From assembly GCA_043228905.1 (NCBI GenBank), contig JBHGNT010001122.1:1-11851 (forward strand): a stretch of DNA of 11,851 nt, read 5' to 3'. Under the pieces are notes generated by a model. The model worked only from the letters and a program-made list of their open reading frames with translations, was not told where the DNA came from and did not search any database. A program made the translations under genes and the position numbers. How positions within the stretch are numbered: the first letter of the stretch is position 1; the number at the start of each line of letters is the position of its first letter. Below, piece after piece: positions 8,400 to 11,851 of the stretch. This stretch comes from Azolla caroliniana (Eukaryota > Plantae > Polypodiophyta).

Positions 8400-8730
8400 C
8401 CTGGCCGGTGCTGAATTACGAACTCGAATTCTTGGAGCAACAGCATTCACCACGCCAATTTCCCTGTCAGGGCTTGTTTCTCTACCAAATACAATAATGC
8501 CGAATGATCCACATGGAACGTGAATTTCCGTCCTGGTAAATAATGTCGGAATTTATTGATGCTATAGATTATCCCTAGCACCTCCCGCTCTGTTGTGGAA
8601 TAGTTACGCTCTGCTGCTGATAATTTACAACTTGCGTAGTATATTGGCATGTACCAGTTTGGTTTGGTGAGTTGCATTAGCGCGCTTCCTATTGTTGTGT
8701 TCGAGGCGTCGACGAACATGTGAAATGGTT
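8400..8730 (-). pseudogene. Ty3/Gypsy RNase H domain of pol (disrupted)
   Basis: FVDASNTTIGSAL, ERNYSTTEREVLGIIYSINKFRHYL, FHVDHSALLYL, KLAW*MLLLQEF (stop at 8447-8449). Boundaries approximate. Confidence 0.95.
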
Positions 8731-8989
8731 TCGCCCAAACTGGAGGTTGTACTATGGGGGCCTGTGTAAGCATTATCTTCAGTGCCTCATATGCCTTATC
8801 CTCTGTTGCAGTCCATTGAAAAGGAGTCTGATGTACGGCAGCGTGTAGTGGCGTGGCGAAGTCCGCCAAATACCGTATCATCTGACTATGCCACCGTATT
8901 TGGCCCAAAACCGGCTAAGTGCTTTGGCATTTGTCGGAGTTTTAGCTTGCATAATAGCGGAGATCTTGTTTGGGTCGACTGTTATTCCT

Positions 8990-9620
8990 TCCTTGCTGAC
9001 TATGTGGCCTAGGAGAGCCCCGCTGGTCACGCTGAATGCACATTTCGCGGGATTCAGGCTTAAGCGTGCAGTGCGGCAACGTTCCAGGCAAAGACGTAAG
9101 TGCGAGAAATGGTCTTTTGTTCGCCCATATACCGCAAAATTGTCTAAAAAGACTTGCATGAACGTCGGAATGTATTCCCCAAAGATCTCCGTAATCGTTC
9201 ATTGGAATGTTGCCGGTGTTGTCTTTAGGCCAAACATCATGACGACCGCCACATATACTCCCCAGTCCGTGACAAATGTCGTCTTCTCTTGGTCGTCGGG
9301 ATGCATGCGCACTTGGTTATAGCCACTGAAGCCATCTAAGAAACTGTACATCTCATGGCCTGCGACGGCGTCCAGCACACTATCAGTGAAGGGTAAGGGA
9401 AATGCGTTTGTAATGGTTACGGCGTTTGATTTTCGGTAATCCACGCATACCCGTATTTTGTCGTTTTTCTTTGGGACAACCACTATCGGGCTAAGCCATG
9501 TCGCTTGTTTTACTGGTCGTATGAACCCAGCCCTCAGCAGCTTGTCAATTTCTTCTTTCACGCAGGTCGCGTAATTGGGGTTCATGCGGTAGCGACGTTG
9601 TTGGACAGGTTTCGCGTTTG
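8990..9620 (-). pseudogene. Reverse transcriptase domain of pol (disrupted)
   Basis: WLSPIVVVPKK..IRVCVDYR, FPLP, FLDGFSGYNQV, MFGLK..PATFQ* (stop at 9199-9201), catalytic motif VFLDN (expected DD; AAT at 9139-9141), LLGHIVS; 1-nt deletion just downstream at 8907-8910. Boundaries approximate. Confidence 0.96.
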
Positions 9621-10149
9621 TTGCTAAATTGATCTTATGCTGATAGAACTTGGGATCTAACCCCTTCATGTCCTCATGAGCCCACGCGAACACATCTTTA
9701 TATTCTATGAGTAGTGCGATCATTGTGGTTCTCTGGTCCGGCCTCAATTCCTTTGCTATGGAGAGGAATCGGGGTTCCGATCCCGTACCCACGTTCACTT
9801 CGTCGAGAGCGGAAGCGGTGACCCATCGTGAAATCTCCATTTCCCTTTCGAAGGCCACCCATGCTTTGCTGAGTTCCAATATGGACTCTGGCTTTGGTTC
9901 GTACGGCTCTTCGCTTGGAACAATGGTCGTAGTATATTTTGCCGCAGTTGCGATGACATCTATCTCGAACAGCGGAATAATTCAAGGATGTTCGTCAAGG
10001 TACGCTTCCAATTCGGCATCCTCCACCCCAGCCAGCATATTGATGTCTTCCGCATATAACGGTGTTATCCCCTTAGGTTGGGGCGTGTTGCCTTCCGTAG
10101 GCACACGAACCTTGATGCATTCCTACCGGAAACTGATACACTCGTGTTG

Positions 10150-10460
10150 CCAGCTCTGCTTGATATTTGCTGTTCGAAGCCACAGTTTGCCCAGAAGCAC
10201 TGGGTACGCTCCAGGCGCGTACAAAGCGAGGACAACCGCCGATATGTTGAAGCGGTGTCCGCCCACGATGATGCCTATTTTGCGAATTAGCCCCAACGGC
10301 CGCACTGATCGGGTATCTGCCATGCGAAGCTAGAATGGACACGCCTCCCATTCGAAAATGCCCAGTTGTTCGCAAGTTTTCGCGCTAATCACATTGACGC
10401 CTGAGCCGCCGTCGATTACACATCCAGGGACTTTCTGTCCGTGCAATATTACTGTAATGG
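10150..10460 (-). pseudogene. Aspartic protease (retropepsin) domain (disrupted)
   Basis: VIDGGSGVNVIS (DGG at 10405-10413), LRMAD..VRPLG flap region, YPVLLGKLWL; stop at 10330-10332. Confidence 0.93.
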
Positions 10461-10859
10461 CCGGGTTGTGTTGATCTACCACTGGTGGTCCCTCGCTGAC
10501 GTCAGTCAGGTTTGTGGCAACGCTTGACCCGGTCATGCCCGCCACCTGTGCTTCCATGGTCTGGCGGAAACGTGGAACTAGTTGTAGCAGTTTTTCTATA
10601 GTTAGCGTGATTTCACAGCCCGTTAACACCTGCCAAATGGGGTTCGGCCCCGTTTTTTCGTTCTCTGTTTGCTTCATTGCATTCACGGACTCCTGCCTCA
10701 TACGTTCCGTATTGGCCGCGTTTGCTTTTTCCACCCAGGCTTGGGCTTGTCGGCGTACCTCGTCCTGCGCAGCCCAATCCACCGTTTTCGTTTGTTGGCG
10801 TGTGGTGACTTGTTGCACCTCCGTCGTAATCGTGTTGACGGTGGGCCCCTTTCCCTTGC

Positions 10860-11851
10860 GTGTTGGGCATTGTGTGGCATAATGTCCGGGTTGCTGACAA
10901 ATAAAACAGTGGATGCTTGATTCTCCCTTCTCAGCCCCAGGTGGAGTGTGCCGTTCTCCGGGCGCTACTTGCTCTTCGAGGTCCGGCCTCGTTTGTCGAG
11001 ACGTACGCGGTGGCTGCTGTTGATCCCGTTGTTGTTCCTGGTGTCGCTCATCCCCCGAGCTTTCGTCGTAACGCCGGTGATCCCTATATTGTCGAGGCTT
11101 ACCTCGATAGCCATTGAAGCCGCCCCGTTTGTTCATCGGGCGTTGATGTTTGTATCGCCGGCCTCCTTTGGCGTAACTCGGATGTCCACGATAATCCTCG
11201 TCCTCCGGGTCCTCCTCCTCGGACTCGTTGTGATTTCGGCGATTCCGGTTCTACCTGTCCTCCCGCGGGTTGCGATCCCTATACCGAGGCCGGTCTTCTT
11301 GCCTCTTTTGTTCCACCCGATGTGGTTGCCGTTGTGTCCATGCTGCAGACCGCGGGCGTGGCTCTATTTAACATATTGTACTCGCATTGGTCAACTGTGT
11401 GAACCTTCGAGTGGCAGATTGGGCAATGGATTCGCATATTGCACTCCACCGCGGAATGCCCCGAGTTCAAGCAAATCGTACACTGGATTGCTTGACGAAA
11501 TTGGCGTTCCTCATCTTGAGGTAACGCTTGTCGTAAGGATGACATCGAAAACCTCTCCTCCTCGTCATCCAACTCGAGTTGTAACGCTCGTTCAATCACC
11601 ATATTTGTTGTTTCCCCTTTCACACTATTGTTGTTGAGTGTTGCCTTGATGGGCCGGTGTAACGCTGCCAGAAATGTTTCCCGTGCCTCCTCCTCCGCAG
11701 GGCTTCGATCTAGTTTCCGTCATAAATTTTGGAACCGTAAGCGGAAGTCTGCTATTGTCTCGGTCGGTAGTTGCTTAATTGTATAAAACTGCCCGAGAAT
11801 CTCGCATTGTGGAACCCTCCGGTGAAAAAAACGCAAGAAGGCGGACTGGAG
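10860..11851 (-). pseudogene. gag (partial, disrupted): capsid C-terminal region plus three CCHC zinc knuckles
   Basis: Manual translation from 11851 gives LQSAFLRFF...KQLPTETIADFRLRFQNL* (retrotransposon gag Q-x3-E-x4-F-x2-RF motif); knuckles at 11441-11482, 11384-11425 and 10867-10908; stops at 11720-11722 and 11251-11253; frameshift about 11290-11360. Confidence 0.92.

Larger units (their letters stand above)
3303..11851 (-). mobile_element. Ty3/Gypsy LTR retrotransposon, non-chromovirus type (Athila/Tat/Phygy-related), decayed; 5' end outside the window
   Basis: Minus-strand order gag-PR-RT-RNase H-INT, then extra ORF and LTR; RT motifs YSFLDGFSGYNQV, MFGLKTTPATFQ, LSLNPAKCAF; no chromodomain after INT; no second (archaeal-type) RNase H seen; visibly more GC/CpG-rich than the host DNA left of ~3300. 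Confidence 0.96.

Noticed and set aside
10405-10413. Protease catalytic triad DGG instead of DTG/DSG as an inactivating change
   Set aside because: D-G-G-S and similar variants are common in non-chromovirus plant Ty3/Gypsy proteases.
3817-11637. Numerous + strand ORFs over the retrotransposon (e.g. 5628-6029, 8888-9322, 9707-10333, 10948-11637)
   Set aside because: Antisense shadows of GC-rich coding sequence; no recognisable motifs, and their hydrophobicity mirrors charged codons on the coding strand.

Overview
Eukaryotic (land plant) genomic DNA with two main parts. (1) 309-2499 (+): an intact-looking three-exon gene (309-732, 1639-1913, 2182-2499; 338 aa spliced) for a TRAM/LAG1/CLN8 (TLC)-domain membrane protein. 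Its second splice donor has been tandemly amplified four times. (2) About 3303 to the window end (-): the 3' part of a decayed non-chromovirus Ty3/Gypsy LTR retrotransposon, in the order gag (three CCHC knuckles)-protease-RT-RNase H-integrase, with 12 in-frame stops, 3 frameshifts and an RT DD->DN change. After pol comes an additional sense-oriented ORF of about 920 codons, which the ORF track splits into three in-frame pieces, and then a ~522-bp putative 3' LTR without a canonical abutting polypurine tract. The extra ORF (globular N-terminus, long coiled coil, acidic/Pro-rich tail, no obvious TM helix) is the most interesting element. The 5' LTR, PBS and gag start lie outside the window. All homology calls are from motif recognition, not database searches.
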